A DNA stretch of 64,000 bases from Enoplolaimus lenunculus (taxonomy: Eukaryota), in the NCBI GenBank assembly GCA_030248215.1, contig JASANG010002537.1, positions 310,001 to 374,000 on the forward strand. Reading direction: 5' to 3'. The position numbers and the translations under genes were made by a program. Below the pieces are notes generated by a model. That model did not search any database. It saw nothing but the letters and a program-made list of their open reading frames with translations, and was not told the DNA's origin. This document shows positions 1 to 12,009 of the stretch, in pieces (within the stretch, counting starts at the first letter, position 1; each line of letters starts with the position of its first letter).

Positions 1-3000
1 TTTGTAGCTGGAAAATGCCACATAAACTAATTATGACATTACACACCTTTGAACTACAATCGAAAGTTCACCAATTACATTGTCACTGGTATTTTACAAT
101 GTTCCGCGGAATGCTTGCCAGAATAGAGTGTTTGCAATTTGTTGAGCAGCATTTGAGTGCCATTTTCAGGTTTTTAATGTTTTGCAAAATCCAGCGAAGC
201 AGAAAAATCGCGGAAAACTATGCATTTTAACATTGTTTCTTGTGTTGTCCATAGCATTAGTTCTTGTTAATGTTTCGCTAGAACATGGTTCCAGATCCTA
301 GTGATGTCAGTTTGAACTGAGCGTGTAAAAAGTCAATTTAAAATGGTCCATATTGCACAATTTTGACAAGTATGCTTAATTCACTTGATAATTACATACA
401 AGCAACCCAAATATTACAATGGCATTCAAATCGTCTGACTCGGACAGATATGTGTTAAGTTTGAGTGATTGTTTGTGTTTTCATATCTGGGATTTATTTA
501 TTAATTATAATTGCTCGCTTGTTTGCAGCGATTAACGATTGCTATGAGCATTTTAATTACTAAAACAAAAAAAAAATATTTTTTCTACTTTCTAGGAGTT
601 TCTCTCCATCTTTTGAGTCGAGCCGAATGTTGCAAAACAATGTCCTTTTTTCAAAAACCGGATATTTTACACCGAATAGTCAATATAAAGCCAGTTGTAT
701 TGTAGGGGGCACATATGGGGAGCTAAGCGTCCGAGACAAATCTTACCCTCATATGGAACTGGTTTAGATTGTACTTACCATGCAATCTAAGTGCTGCTTT
801 TAACCTGAATCTATCACTCGCTAAAGTTGTGGGCAGGTGCGGATTCAGGATAGGATTTTCGTGTTGGCTTCGGATACTTTTGTGTTGCGAAGTTTTAAAG
901 TTTAAACCCGTTTTTATAAAATATTTCAACGTTTTTCAATTGCGTCGAAGGGAAGATTTTTTAATTTTGGGCCATAACCTCACCATATTTTTTGCCACTT
1001 TGACTAGAAAACACATTTTGAGATTTGTTCAACGATTTGGATCGTCAAACCACTTCAACACGGCAGGTCTGGTGTGGGGATACATTTCTCACCCCATTTG
1101 GTTCGGTCACACATTGTTAGTCAGACTATGGGTCTGGCTGTATGTACACTTTCGGTATACATTGGTACGGTGCAGGGTCGTGGTATCAATTTTCACGTGT
1201 TTGGCTTGCTCTCTCTGTCTTCGTTGCTTTTGTAAACTAAAACCGTACCAGGGGGGCCTTGGGCGAAAATATTTTATTTTTTTAAGAAATGTTTAATGAG
1301 CTTTTTTCGTGTGTGTTCGTCACGAGCGTTTACTGCTACATCAATTTTCAATTTATTGGGCGTGTTGTACTTTTAACGGTGCAGCGTAATGGACCTTCGA
1401 GAGTCTGTACACTTTATGTGCCATTTTTCCTTCTTTATATATCTAAGCTTGACGGCAAGATATATAACAAGTACATGGGGGTTCACTTTGGAATACATTT
1501 CAACTTTTCTGGAGGGATAATAAAAATAAGCACTATTATAAGCTTTAGAAATTTAACCTACTGTTTGGTAGATGCGAAATAATTGTCTGGCTCGCTATCG
1601 TCATCCATCGCAGCAAAAAGTTTAACTTCAAACGATTCCCTCCAACAAATTAAATGCCAGGCTGTCCCTGTACCCAGTCGCACGTTTTGTTTGTGTCCCA
1701 AAAGTTTTTCCTGGATGACTGGCACAAATATGAACGCAGGGTAGACCGAAAACACCATCCCAACGTATTAAAGCGTGCTAATAACGGGACTATATTTGAT
1801 ATATAATTTTATGTTTATTTTTAATTTGAGCCAATGAACTGCAAAAAGTCAATGAAAATCGTTTCGAATCTGAGCTGAGCGCTCGCCTGACTCCCGTTTG
1901 ACGACGAGTCAAATCCCAGACATTAAGCCAGTCTTTTTTTTTGCTGGGTCTCAGTGTTCCTTGGTTGATCTTGACACAAAATGTGTATTTTGCGTATTAA
2001 AATGTGTGGCATATTGTGTTTCCGTCTGGATGGTTCACTTAATAGCCACGTGAATTTCACATGTCTTCTAAGCGTTCTGGGTACAGCTTTTAGTTGGACT
2101 CTTTTTTTACGACACAAAAGATGATAATTGATACGTCTTCAAGTTGAGCGGTACATTGACAACGAACGAAAGCGCTAATGGTTCGGGCACTTTTGACCAA
2201 ATTGACGCACAGACCTGTGTAGTTGTTATTACCTATTTATCTGGGCACAAAATATTGAATAAACCAGGTAATAAACCAGGTTAGAAACTGGGCGGTCTGA
2301 AAAAAATAATTGTTGTTCAGAAAAGACCCAAACAGCAACTCAACGAAGTGGGTTTAGACTAAGAAACAGGGTATTGAATAGTTTATGACTGTTTGCTGGC
2401 TTTTTCTGCTGGTTTTTCCTGCGTTGTTCAAATAGATTGAGTCACTGTGATTAGTCAGCGACTACGGAAATAATTAAAGGGTCTAAAGCGGATGCTACTT
2501 TATCATACTTATTTTTTAAGTTATGCGGTGTCGGTATCATTTGTTCAAGTGATTTGGCTTGCATGCTAAAATCTGAAGCAGATGTTGTCAAAATAAAATT
2601 TCGCTTGGTTTCAAAAAAATAGAATAGTTTTCGCTCGTCAAATATGCACGTTTTAATTCCAAATATTCAAACGTATCTGAAATTTGGTGTTTTTATAATG
2701 ATTTTCTATATTGGGAAATGAAGAGAGAAACATTATAAAGTTGCCTAGCTGGAACTTATATGGTAACAGATTGAAAATCTAGTATGCGAATTTTGAACAC
2801 ATCGCGAACACGAACCGGTAAAAAATGATTCGGCGCTCTGATTGGTTATAATTGTTTTAAATCAGAATAAAATTTGTTTAGCAAATGGCACAAGCCTGTG
2901 ATCGTTGATCGCTGACTGTTTTGTACTACCCGTTCCACAGACGGAAAATAGCGAATTGGTGTTTTCAGAAAGTTTAGAAGACATATTTGCCGAGCTCGCT

Positions 3001-3029
3001 ATATATATGGTTGCCGGAGTTAGGAGGAC

Positions 3030-3190
3030 GGTCACGTAGCCAAGGGGGGCCAAGTGGGCCCAGCCCCCTCCCCTTGAAAACTTTTGCCCCCCCTAGAAAG
3101 TTTTCAACCTTGCTTGTAACTCATTGCGAACCCTTGAATGCCCGTTCTAAAAAATTTTTAGCCCTCCTAGCAAGGTGGTGAGCTGGCCTG
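3030..3190 (+). mobile_element. hAT-like GC-rich MITE (family C), degenerate
   Basis: Shares CGTAGCCAAG-G-rich...TTTTCAACCTTGC..GTAA...AAATTTTTAGCCC..CTAGCAAGGTG.GAGCTGG with the copy at 4925-5102. Partial copies lie at about 3955-4080 and 8840-8960 (reverse). Confidence 0.7.
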
Positions 3191-4924
3191 TAGGTGGACC
3201 TTAAATATTCCCCAGTATCAGCGGTTTAAAATAATTGTATATATACTCTAGTTTAGCGAGCAAATGATTTACGTAAATATTTTATATCGAATTGCGTTTT
3301 TTGTAAAATGACATCAAATCTGTCTCTGAGTGTCTAGGAAACGCGAAAATAGTTTTGATGTTGTTGCAGTTGTTGAAAGTGCATCTGTGACATTTAGTAC
3401 GCCCGCACTACAACTGCAATCACAATAATTGAAGGTTGAAGCAAGCAATGTCAACAATTTGTTGAATTTCATGCATTCATTCTCTTTTACATGCAGTTAT
3501 TTGTTGTCTTGCTACAGCATTGTGTGTTATAAGTGTTGTTACAGTAGAAATCTTTCGACAAATTATAATTGTAGCTTAACAATTTCACTTTTGTTCATTT
3601 TGCAAGGCGCATTTTTATGGATGGTAATCCTATGCGATGAGTGCAATTATCTTTGCCCAAAAAAGCAGAAAAGTTGACGTTTTGTTGGCTTTGCTAGCGA
3701 GCTTTCTTCACTGTCGTATATCGCGCAAGCCGTTGACAGAAACTTCTGGATCCGCCACTGACAATTTAGTTTTAAGGGTACCATGCAATTTTCTGTGACG
3801 CATGTGAACACATCATTTTTGGTCACTATTCAGAAATAAGTTACCAACCGCTTTGACCAGTTGTTCCGTAGTTTTATAAATGACATTTTTTAAAGTATTC
3901 GGACCGAAATGCTTAGAACATAAAACCACATTAATATATGTCTGAGATTATACGAAAAATTTTGCCCCCCCCCCACCATTTGAAAATGTTAATTCTTGCT
4001 TGTAAGCCATTGAAAAACCTTGTATGCCCATCTGAAAAAATTTTGACCCCCGCTAGTAAGGAATACTGGCTACGGGCCTGTATCTACCAATTGAACGGTT
4101 TTGTCAATCATTTGTGACAACTAACGCCTGAATTGCTATTATTAATCTAATCGTTTTTCATATCTTACTAGGTCAAGTTTACCTATGTCCAAAAAACGCA
4201 GGCGTTATGTTTGCTAATCTAGTTTTTTGACTAAAGTTTTTCGTCGTAAAACCAGGCTTGTAAACGCGAAAACCAAGTATTAGCTATGTAATTTTGCCGC
4301 CTTGCGCATATTGTGTATATTGTTCAAATTTCTAATCCTACAGACCGTCATCAGGGACTTAGTGATAATAATGATGATAAATTTGATTGGTTAATGGTGC
4401 CAGCCGTTCTGTCAACCTGGCGTTGTCGACCTTTGCACTATTTAAGGTTTAGATAAAGTTTACTTCGCGTAAATAACAAGGCAATATATTGTTAAAATTT
4501 CCGTGTAATATATTTTAGTTTCTAAACCTTAGTTTGGCGTAACTTTGGAAATACCAATTGACTACTAAACTTGATTTGTCCACAGGTACGCGCACGTGAT
4601 TTTTTTCAGCTGTGTTAGCTGTCTTGTAACCGTGTATTCTTGCTTCTGGAGGAAATTCAATTGAAAGCTGTCGATATGAACTTCTGTTCAGAACTCGTAT
4701 TAATTCAACGCACAAAATGTGCCACATTTACAACGTGACCGTTCACTAATTTTAAAGTCATACAAACAAGCAAATTACGAACTGTTGATAGGTGCTACAT
4801 ACATTAGAGAACAGGGCTCTGATATGAGAAATTAGAATTACCAATGTGATATGAAATCGAAAAATTATTTTTTTCGTAGATACCTTTCTGTTGTAGAACC
4901 GATGTCGTATATCTTGACCGTCGG

Positions 4925-5102
4925 CGGGCCCGTAGCCAAGAGGGGCAGGGGGCTCACCCCCCTGAACAAATTTTAGCTTCCCCCTGAACAAATTTGGGCC
5001 CCCCTAGATTTTCAACCTTGCGTGTAATTCATTGAAAATCTTTAAATGCCCCTCCTGAAATTTTTTAGCCCCCTCTAGCAAGGTGAGCTGGCTACGAGCC
5101 TG
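4925..5102 (+). mobile_element. hAT-like MITE (family C)
   Basis: TIRs CGGGCCCGTAGCCA / TGGCTACGAGCCTG; 8-bp flanking duplication ACCGTCGG / ACCCTCGG (1 mismatch), typical of hAT. Confidence 0.8.
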
Positions 5103-5293
5103 ACCCTCGGCATGCCATTTCTGAATATATATAGCTGAAATAGCATTATACGTTTCAGAAGTAAATAGAAACTTTAGACGTTTCGAAGAGTTTGTAATTT
5201 CAAAATTTAATTTGTACCTCTAAGGAGTGATACGACCTATATCTCCGAATACTTCGTCAACTTCAATGAAATAGTTCGACTCATTATCCGAAC

Positions 5294-8200
5294 ATGTTTC
5301 GATCAGCTGCAACGAAAGCAACTTCTGCAATATTGTCTGCAAACAGTACAACGTGTTCGCAATTGACTGCTGCTGCTCGGCAACAAAGCTCGCAGCATGC
5401 AATTAAGTAAAGTGATTTGTCAACATACTGCTTAGTTTGAGTGCTTTTTTAATTAAAAGCGCTTCCGCCGAAATTAAAAAAAAAACTTAATTTGAGTTCG
5501 CAATATCAGCTAAACATTTCGCACAACAAAGTACTTCGAATTCTAGTAACTAATAGTGCTCAAGACTCCGTTATATCTTTTATCGCTCGTGCTTTTCAAA
5601 TTCAAACAACGATCTTAATCTAAACAGGAGGTTTTAAAGTCATGCGTTTGAATGGTTGTTCGAACAGTCTGGGATCAAATTGTAAAGTTGAAAACATTCC
5701 GAAACGATTTTGCTTGTTGAAATGCTACTCAACCTGCCTCGACGCGCTGATCACTTGTAGGAGCGTATACAACGGGAGGGATAGAGGTTACATATATATT
5801 AACCTTTATCACTCTCCTTGTATACGCTCCTGTAAGTGCGTATATATTTATATTTTAATATTATATCAGTGACGTGTCCAGAAGGTTGGGGTCCAATGAG
5901 TAAGGTCCCGTCCCTGCTCATAAGACCGAAATTAAAATGAAACTTAGTACACTATAGTAAATGCAGTATTTAGTATACCCTAAGAGATCAACAAATTCAT
6001 GTTGCAAATAATATTCCACACTGAAATCGTACTCTCTAAAAACTTAAACTTAAATTATAGCTTACGCAAGCTTGAATATTAGTTCAAGTAAAACTTTTAA
6101 ATGACTGACTGCGCGGACTAACTAAACTATAATTGTAACTTTAATTTTAGACTAACATATTTTAAGTGTAACACGAGTTTAAATTAAATTTTGTTTTAAT
6201 TTAAGTAACAAGTGCAACCGTATCTCAGATTATCCACAGGTCGCAAACTGTGTTCATATCGAAAACCAACTTTCTGAACGACAAATTTCAGATAAGTCTT
6301 GTTGTGTATGAAATGGTTCCGTTCTCAAAACTTATCCAATCATTCAAATTTCAGATACGTCGAACCAATATCCGAACTTTATCGGCACGATCACGACGAT
6401 CGATGTGGGACATCATCCACTCGGGCGGACGCTCAACCTCGACTGATCAACTTTAATCGGTTAACCGGTGACCATGTCGAATCTGTCCTGTCATTGTATC
6501 TTGGCCCTTATCTTGATATTGAACCGTTGAATCGTGCAGTTGGATTGACTCGGCGAGAAGCGCAAACGTCGTATCGAGAAATGTTAGATAACGCCGCACG
6601 CGATGGCAACAGTTTTGTTGCGGTCGACGAAGATCGTGAGAAAGTTGTTGGTGCGATTATTAACGAGAAACAACTGGTAAGTTTGCGTCGCACGGTACGA
6701 ACAATATAATCAAGTTCTGGAAATTGCATCAAACCAAACAGATAATCACTGTGGCAGAATTTAGAATTGCACTTTGTTCGGAAGGTATACACTCCTAAAA
6801 TGAAATCTTAGCCACACCTCGAATTAAGGACTGAAAATTAAGGGTAATTAAAATTAAGGGTAATTAAAATGAAGGGTAATTAGAATTAAGGGTAATTAAA
6901 ATTAAGGGTAATTAAAATTAAGGGTAATTAAAATTAAGGGTAATTAAAATGATTAAGCGTAATTAAAATAAAGGGTAATTAAAATAAAGGCTAATTAAAA
7001 TAAAGGGTAATTAAAATTAATGCTTAGGCTTACGAATACGCTTAATCTACTGTTACGCCCTTTGAAGTAACATTGGACAACCAATTAATAATATAATGTG
7101 TCGCTCGCTATGCAACACATTGAGCAACAACTTGAGCACCAAGCAAAAGCTTAATAACAAACCAAATTCTATTGTTTTGTTGAAAATTGTTTTAATTAAC
7201 AATTTTGTTCGTTTTTGCAGCGTGGCCGCTATCTTTACACAAGTCGTACCAGTGATAAGCTTGCACGAATACATGCGTTTTTGCGATTTGTCGAAGGTGA
7301 CGCGTTTGCACAGTTGCCACACGCTCAAATGATACTCAAGATACAATCTGCAGTTGTACGACAGGGATACCAAAATCATGGTATGTCAGTCGTGTATGCA
7401 AATGAGATTTGATTAAAATGCTCGTAGTTATTTTGTAAGTTTGAAAATGATACTATTCGACAACAGCTTGCAGTTGTAGGTAAATTACAGGTCAAAGTTT
7501 TAGTGCTAGCTGTAGCACTTATCGTTACATAATACTAGCAAGCTTGCTTGCTGAGAAAGGTACGCTATGTGTGGCGTGAATGAAAAATTTCGCAATGCCG
7601 CAAGTTTACTTTGTCTGAAGCAAGTGTATGGTGTACAGAACTACGTAAGCTTTGATTTTCACGTTCGACGTTCGCAAAACTTTAACCCTTTCACTCATAG
7701 AGTATACTATAAGCAACTAAATACAATAATGTACGAGAAATACACATACTGTGAGCAGTGTTTAACGTTTATAACATATGCGCAGATCGTGAGAGCCCTC
7801 TCGGGCTCGAGCGTCAAGCTCCTATAGCTCAGTGGTCATCGTAAACGCCTCCCTACCATGAGACTGGGGATCGAATCTTACCTTCAAATTACATTTCATA
7901 TGAAATTGAAAATATTCATGTGAGAAAGGGTTGAGACAACAAGTGATGGATGCTGCACACATCTGAGAATATTGAACGGTGTTAAATCAATGAATATTGA
8001 TTGAAATATTTCTGCAATTTTATGGTCGTTTGTAGTATTTAAGTTGACTTGAAATTCATAGCTACCTAGCAGCTATTGTGTGTTTTATTTTTGTTTCAGG
8101 AATTGGTAACATGTTAATGCAGATGTCAGTTGATCGAGCGATACAAGAACAGTGCGATTACATCACAGGCATCGCAACATCACCTCTCATTCAGAATATG

Positions 8201-9191
8201 CTGTATTTCAAGCTTGGGTTTCGGCCAGTTTGGTAAAAAACTTTAATATTTAACACTTGTGTAGAATTGTGTTGATATTACCATTGAAATTTAGACATTA
8301 GTGTTGCCCATAATGATACGGTGTTGTATATATTTCGTGTCAAATTCAATTTCAAGCTAGCGTTCTAAACCAACAGGTGTTCAACTGGACGGCATTTACC
8401 AATCTCATACAGCTATGTAAGGTGGCTGGTTGAAGCCGATGGGTCTCTTACTCCCTATAGATGGAAGTTTGTATTACACATACGTAACAGTAATTGTAAA
8501 ACAGTGTACATTGTTTTTTATCGTACAGTTTGCAGTTAGGTGCTTATAGTATACTCGATGCGACGAGGGTAACAGTTATGGCACTCTTTTCTGGTAAGTG
8601 CTCGCCAGTCGGCGTTTGCCCAAAAATGGTTGAATTTTGAAAAAAATTCATATTTGTTAGCTTCAGACATTAGCAAAGGTATGAGAAGCTGAAATACGAA
8701 AAATTTGTAAAATCCGGCCATTTCTGGGCAAACGCCGGCCTGGCGGGCACGTAACAGAAAAGAGCCTATTTTTTACTAAATTACAATTACATAAAGCATG
8801 CATCCTTTATTGATCCGTGATCAGGAAACAAAATGCAGTCCCGCAGCCCGCTCACCGAGCTGCGGAGCTAAAAGATTTTCACCAGGGGCATACAAGGGTT
8901 TTCGTTGACGTACAAGCAAGGTTGAAGATTTTCTAGAGGGAGCAAACTTTTTCCAACGGTGCTGAACCTTTCCTGGCCGTCTTCTGGCTAAGAATCCGAA
9001 TAGATAACGGTACCAACAGTGTTGTCTGTTGTACATTACATTTGTGTTAAAAAATTGTGTACAGGTCATGCAGTACAATGACATATGCCGAAGAAGACAC
9101 ACAAGAAATGCCGTTCCAGTGTATTGCACATTCGTCACCATCCGTAGTATTTATGGCACGCAATCTTGTTGAACAGCCTGAACAGTACTAA
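5294..9191 (+). CDS. GNAT-family N-acetyltransferase, AANAT/dopamine N-acetyltransferase-like (about 284 aa, 5 coding exons)
   Basis: Exons 5294-5406, 6355-6676, 7221-7380, 8100-8232 and 9065-9191 are all GT-AG with consistent phases (855 nt). The protein has 'YLDIEPLNRAVGL', 'SFVAVDEDREKVVGAIIN', acetyl-CoA motif A across a splice 'VVRQGYQNH|GIGNMLM', 'IATS...LYFKLGFRPVW' and C-terminal 'MPFQCIAHSSPSVVFMARNL'. The first exon is uncertain; alternatives are 4344/4394-4446 or ATG 6308. Confidence 0.82.
6031..6225 (+). mobile_element. AT-rich MITE (family B), partial
   Basis: Near-identical to the first about 190 bp of the 16561-16901 copy (ACTCTCTAAAAACTTAA.CTTAAATTATAGCTTA...GTAACAAGTGCA.CCGT). 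Confidence 0.75.
6834..7020. repeat. 16-bp minisatellite (AAAATTAAGGGTAATT)n, about 11 copies
   Basis: Directly visible tandem array in a GNAT intron. Confidence 0.95.
7686..7930 (+). mobile_element. piggyBac-type MITE with internal tRNA-like module (family E)
   Basis: TTAA-CCCTTTCACTCAT...ATGTGAGAAAGGG-TTGA ends; internal A-box TAGCTCAGTGG (7825-7835) and B-box-like GGATCGAATC (7868-7877). Confidence 0.75.
8580..8766. mobile_element. Foldback MITE with about 60-bp TIRs
   Basis: CTCTTTTCTGGTAAGTGCTCGCCAGTCGGCGTTTGCCCAAAAATGG is mirrored by CCATTTCTGGGCAAACGCCGGCCTGGCGGGCACGTAACAGAAAAGAG. Confidence 0.8.
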
Positions 9192-10754
9192 TTGTGACAA
9201 AATATGTACGCGTAATTTGATCAATGGTTTACCGCCACTTGTGGCTGAAATTTTAAATTCTAAAGACAAGAGTGTTGAATTTAAGGGCATTTAAGTAAAA
9301 AATATATAAATGAATAACTTTCGGGATTTGTGGATTCGTGAGCTAACGCTTTAATGCTGGATGTTGATTTTTAGGACTCCAGATACACCAAATAGGCTGT
9401 AAAGATTTTATAGTCGATTCTTTGTGGTCTATGAATTTAGCATTATGGGTCACTTTACACGCGTTTCTCGCACTGTTGTCTCTTCTTTGCAGTGAGGTTT
9501 AGGCCTAGTAATGTACGTGCGTAGGCAACTGTTACGTATCTCAAAGCAAAACAATTGCCCAACAATTCTGTGCTCTTGGCCGATTGAAGTTGTGATACAC
9601 TATTATATAGTGATTGGACTTTAATGCTGCAATGTTACGTTCGGTGTATTTGTCAGCGATATATACATATATAATATATTGTAAATATTTTTAAGTTAAT
9701 TATATCTGCACTTAAAATGTATTTTTAAAATTCCCGCATTTAAAGTTTGGAAATCGTATATTTTCCGTAATTTTCAACAATTGACTACTTAAGATTATAG
9801 AAAATGTTTATTTTGAATTGTGTCAAAACAATACAATTGCGATTTAATTTTAATTTTGTTTGGAAAAGTTGTTCCGTTTACTACAGAAGTGATGTTCGTG
9901 TACAATTTTAATGAAATGGGGAAAAACTCGTTGCAGGAATTATCATTTTGTGTGAATGAATCGATTGATATAATTGCTATCTGCTGGTCTATACCTTTAT
10001 TATCTTGGTCGGCTCCGAAGTGGTTCAGGGATATACGTATACAGCTTTTTGTTTAAGTTCTGTTTTACAATTGTTTATAGAATGGAACCCCAACTTTTGC
10101 GTTATAGTACAACTGCACGAGCCGTTCAGTGTTGCACTATTAATGCTTAAGCTGTGGTATAAATAATCTGTAAAACGTTTTACGACCGGGTATCATGTAA
10201 TGGCTTCTTACAACTATATGACCGGTAAATCTAAGCCTAAGCGTAAGTATGAGCTTATTCCTAAGCAAAAGCCTAAACCTAAGCAAAATGATTACTCAAT
10301 GTCAAAGGTTAAACTTTACTGTATTGCAGTCTCACAGAAAAACGTTCCACCCCTGATATTTACATAGGCCGTGGTTTAGCTTCGAAAGATTACTACTCTT
10401 CGTTTTTGATATTATGTTCTATGCTTTTTGGGTTTTTGGGTTTGTTACAAAAATAGGTTTTTATTGCTATATTTGTAATGGTTTCTAAATTTATTCAATG
10501 TTATATGAAGTATATACTCAGTTTGTGTTGAGGGCTTTAAGGCGGACATTAAACGCAACTATTAAGGTTATGTTGATTCATTAAAGCACAAAGCATAATT
10601 ACGAATGTTTGAGCCTGGTTTGTACAATTTTGGAGCTGTCTTTATTGCCTTTCAGCTACATCCTGGGTAGTAATATATTTGTTGTACAAAAAAATTTTGT
10701 GTTCCATGGGTCTACTTCGTACCAATAAAATCTCAATTAGTTTGTTTTTGTTGA

Positions 10755-10995
10755 CCTTTTAATTAGAGACATACTTTTATGCTAGGATTCGAACTCCAGT
10801 GACTGGAGTGGGAGACGTATACCATCACCACTCAGCTATAGCAGCTTGACGCTCGAGCCCGAGGCGGCTGTCACGTCTTGTGGTGATTTAGTACTATGTA
10901 TACTTGTTGCAATTGTTAAACACGGTGCGATATATATTATTTAACGTATATACACTGCGCTTAGTTGCCTATAGGCAACTCAATGTGAGAAGGGG
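10755..10995 (-). mobile_element. piggyBac-type MITE with tRNA-like module (family E), reverse copy
   Basis: Right end ATGTGAGAAGGGG-TTAA. The minus strand carries TAGCTGAGTGG and a canonical GTTCGAATCC, and shares CGGGCTCGAGCGTCAAGCT with 7686-7930. Confidence 0.75.
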
Positions 10996-11637
10996 TTAAG
11001 CCTTGCAAAAGAGCCATATTCATTGTCTCCAGAAATTTCCGGAGGGGCATATTTTTCTATGCGCTCCAGCGTTCGATACAGACTTTCAAAAAAGCAGCAT
11101 ACTTTTCGAAATCGAAGCAGGTGTATGAATGCTGAGCTGGTTTTCTTAACTGTAAATGACACCTAGTTTCCATTGGGTTAAATACGGTCCAATCTCCCAA
11201 GTCCCTGAGAACATCGAACTTGGCTGGGTGGTCGGTATTCTCGCTTGAGACGACGTCATCAAGCATAAAAAGCTTTTTTATTCAAATTAAACAATAAAAA
11301 CTTTAAAATATACGTCATCGTTTTAATTTTTCGCATGAAAACGTCAACGAAGCATTTCTGAGCAACTCAGCCAGTAACAGCACATTTACAAAATTGATGA
11401 TTTTAAGAACACTTTTAGAACGCCTTCATCAATTAAAAAAACTGCTATGTCAAGCATTAGTTTGCGTTTAAGTTTAGATTTAGTATAGAAACTGTAAAGC
11501 CAAGCTAATGTGCTATCAGTTCAGCAATTGCCAGCGTTTTAAAACAAAAAAGTTTTCAAAATGACACATTTAATTGTTTGACTTCATATTACGTAGGTTC
11601 ATAGAGGTCCGTCCCTAATTTAAACAACTTCGTAGGA

Positions 11638-12009
11638 TTAGCGTTTATTCCATGCTTTTACTGGCGCTGGACGCTTCCCCCAATTTTTAACTGGGGCTGG
11701 CCGTTTTGCCCAATTCTGGACCGGAGCCGGCCGTTTGTTCCACGCTTTCACAGGTGCAGGCCGCTTGTTCCAACTTTTCACTGGTGCCGGCCGTTTGATA
11801 AACGGTAAAATTGGATCACTGAACCAAGATTTAACTGGCGCTGGCCGCTTGTTTCCGGCGTCGGTGAAAATATCATTAATACGAGAATCGCGTTTGCTCC
11901 ATGATTTGACAGGTGCTGGCCGTTTGCGAACGTCAAAATCGTAGCCGTTGAAGCATTCTGACAAAACGAAACAGCAAACAGTGATCAAAAGTACTGTTTG
12001 TAAGCTCAT
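11638..12009 (-). CDS. Neuropeptide precursor with 7 PAPV(K/Q)xW peptides
   Basis: 123-aa ORF with a hydrophobic signal peptide (MSLQTVLLITVCCFVLSEC) followed by seven KR-flanked copies: PAPVKSWS, PAPVKSWFSDPILPFI, PAPVKSWN, PAPVKAWN, PAPVQNWA, PAPVKNWG, PAPVKAWN. TTTCAG acceptor at 12077-12072 upstream; AATAAA at 11282-11277 downstream. Confidence 0.92.
   Translation of the reverse strand: MSLQTVLLITVCCFVLSECFNGYDFDVRKRPAPVKSWSKRDSRINDIFTDAGNKRPAPVKSWFSDPILPFIKRPAPVKSWNKRPAPVKAWNKRPAPVQNWAKRPAPVKNWGKRPAPVKAWNKR

Noticed and set aside
769..1582. 175-aa and 97-aa plus-strand ORFs
   Set aside because: No recognisable domain, atypical composition and non-ATG start for the longer one; the region looks like a decayed repeat.
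8529..8593. Candidate GNAT exon ending at a GTAAGT donor
   Set aside because: The donor lies inside a MITE TIR, and exon 9065-9191 gives a much better AANAT-like C-terminus in the correct phase.
11735..11944. Repetitive plus-strand ORF (TGAGRL repeats)
   Set aside because: Antisense shadow of the PAPVxxW precursor; it has no signal peptide or cleavage pattern.
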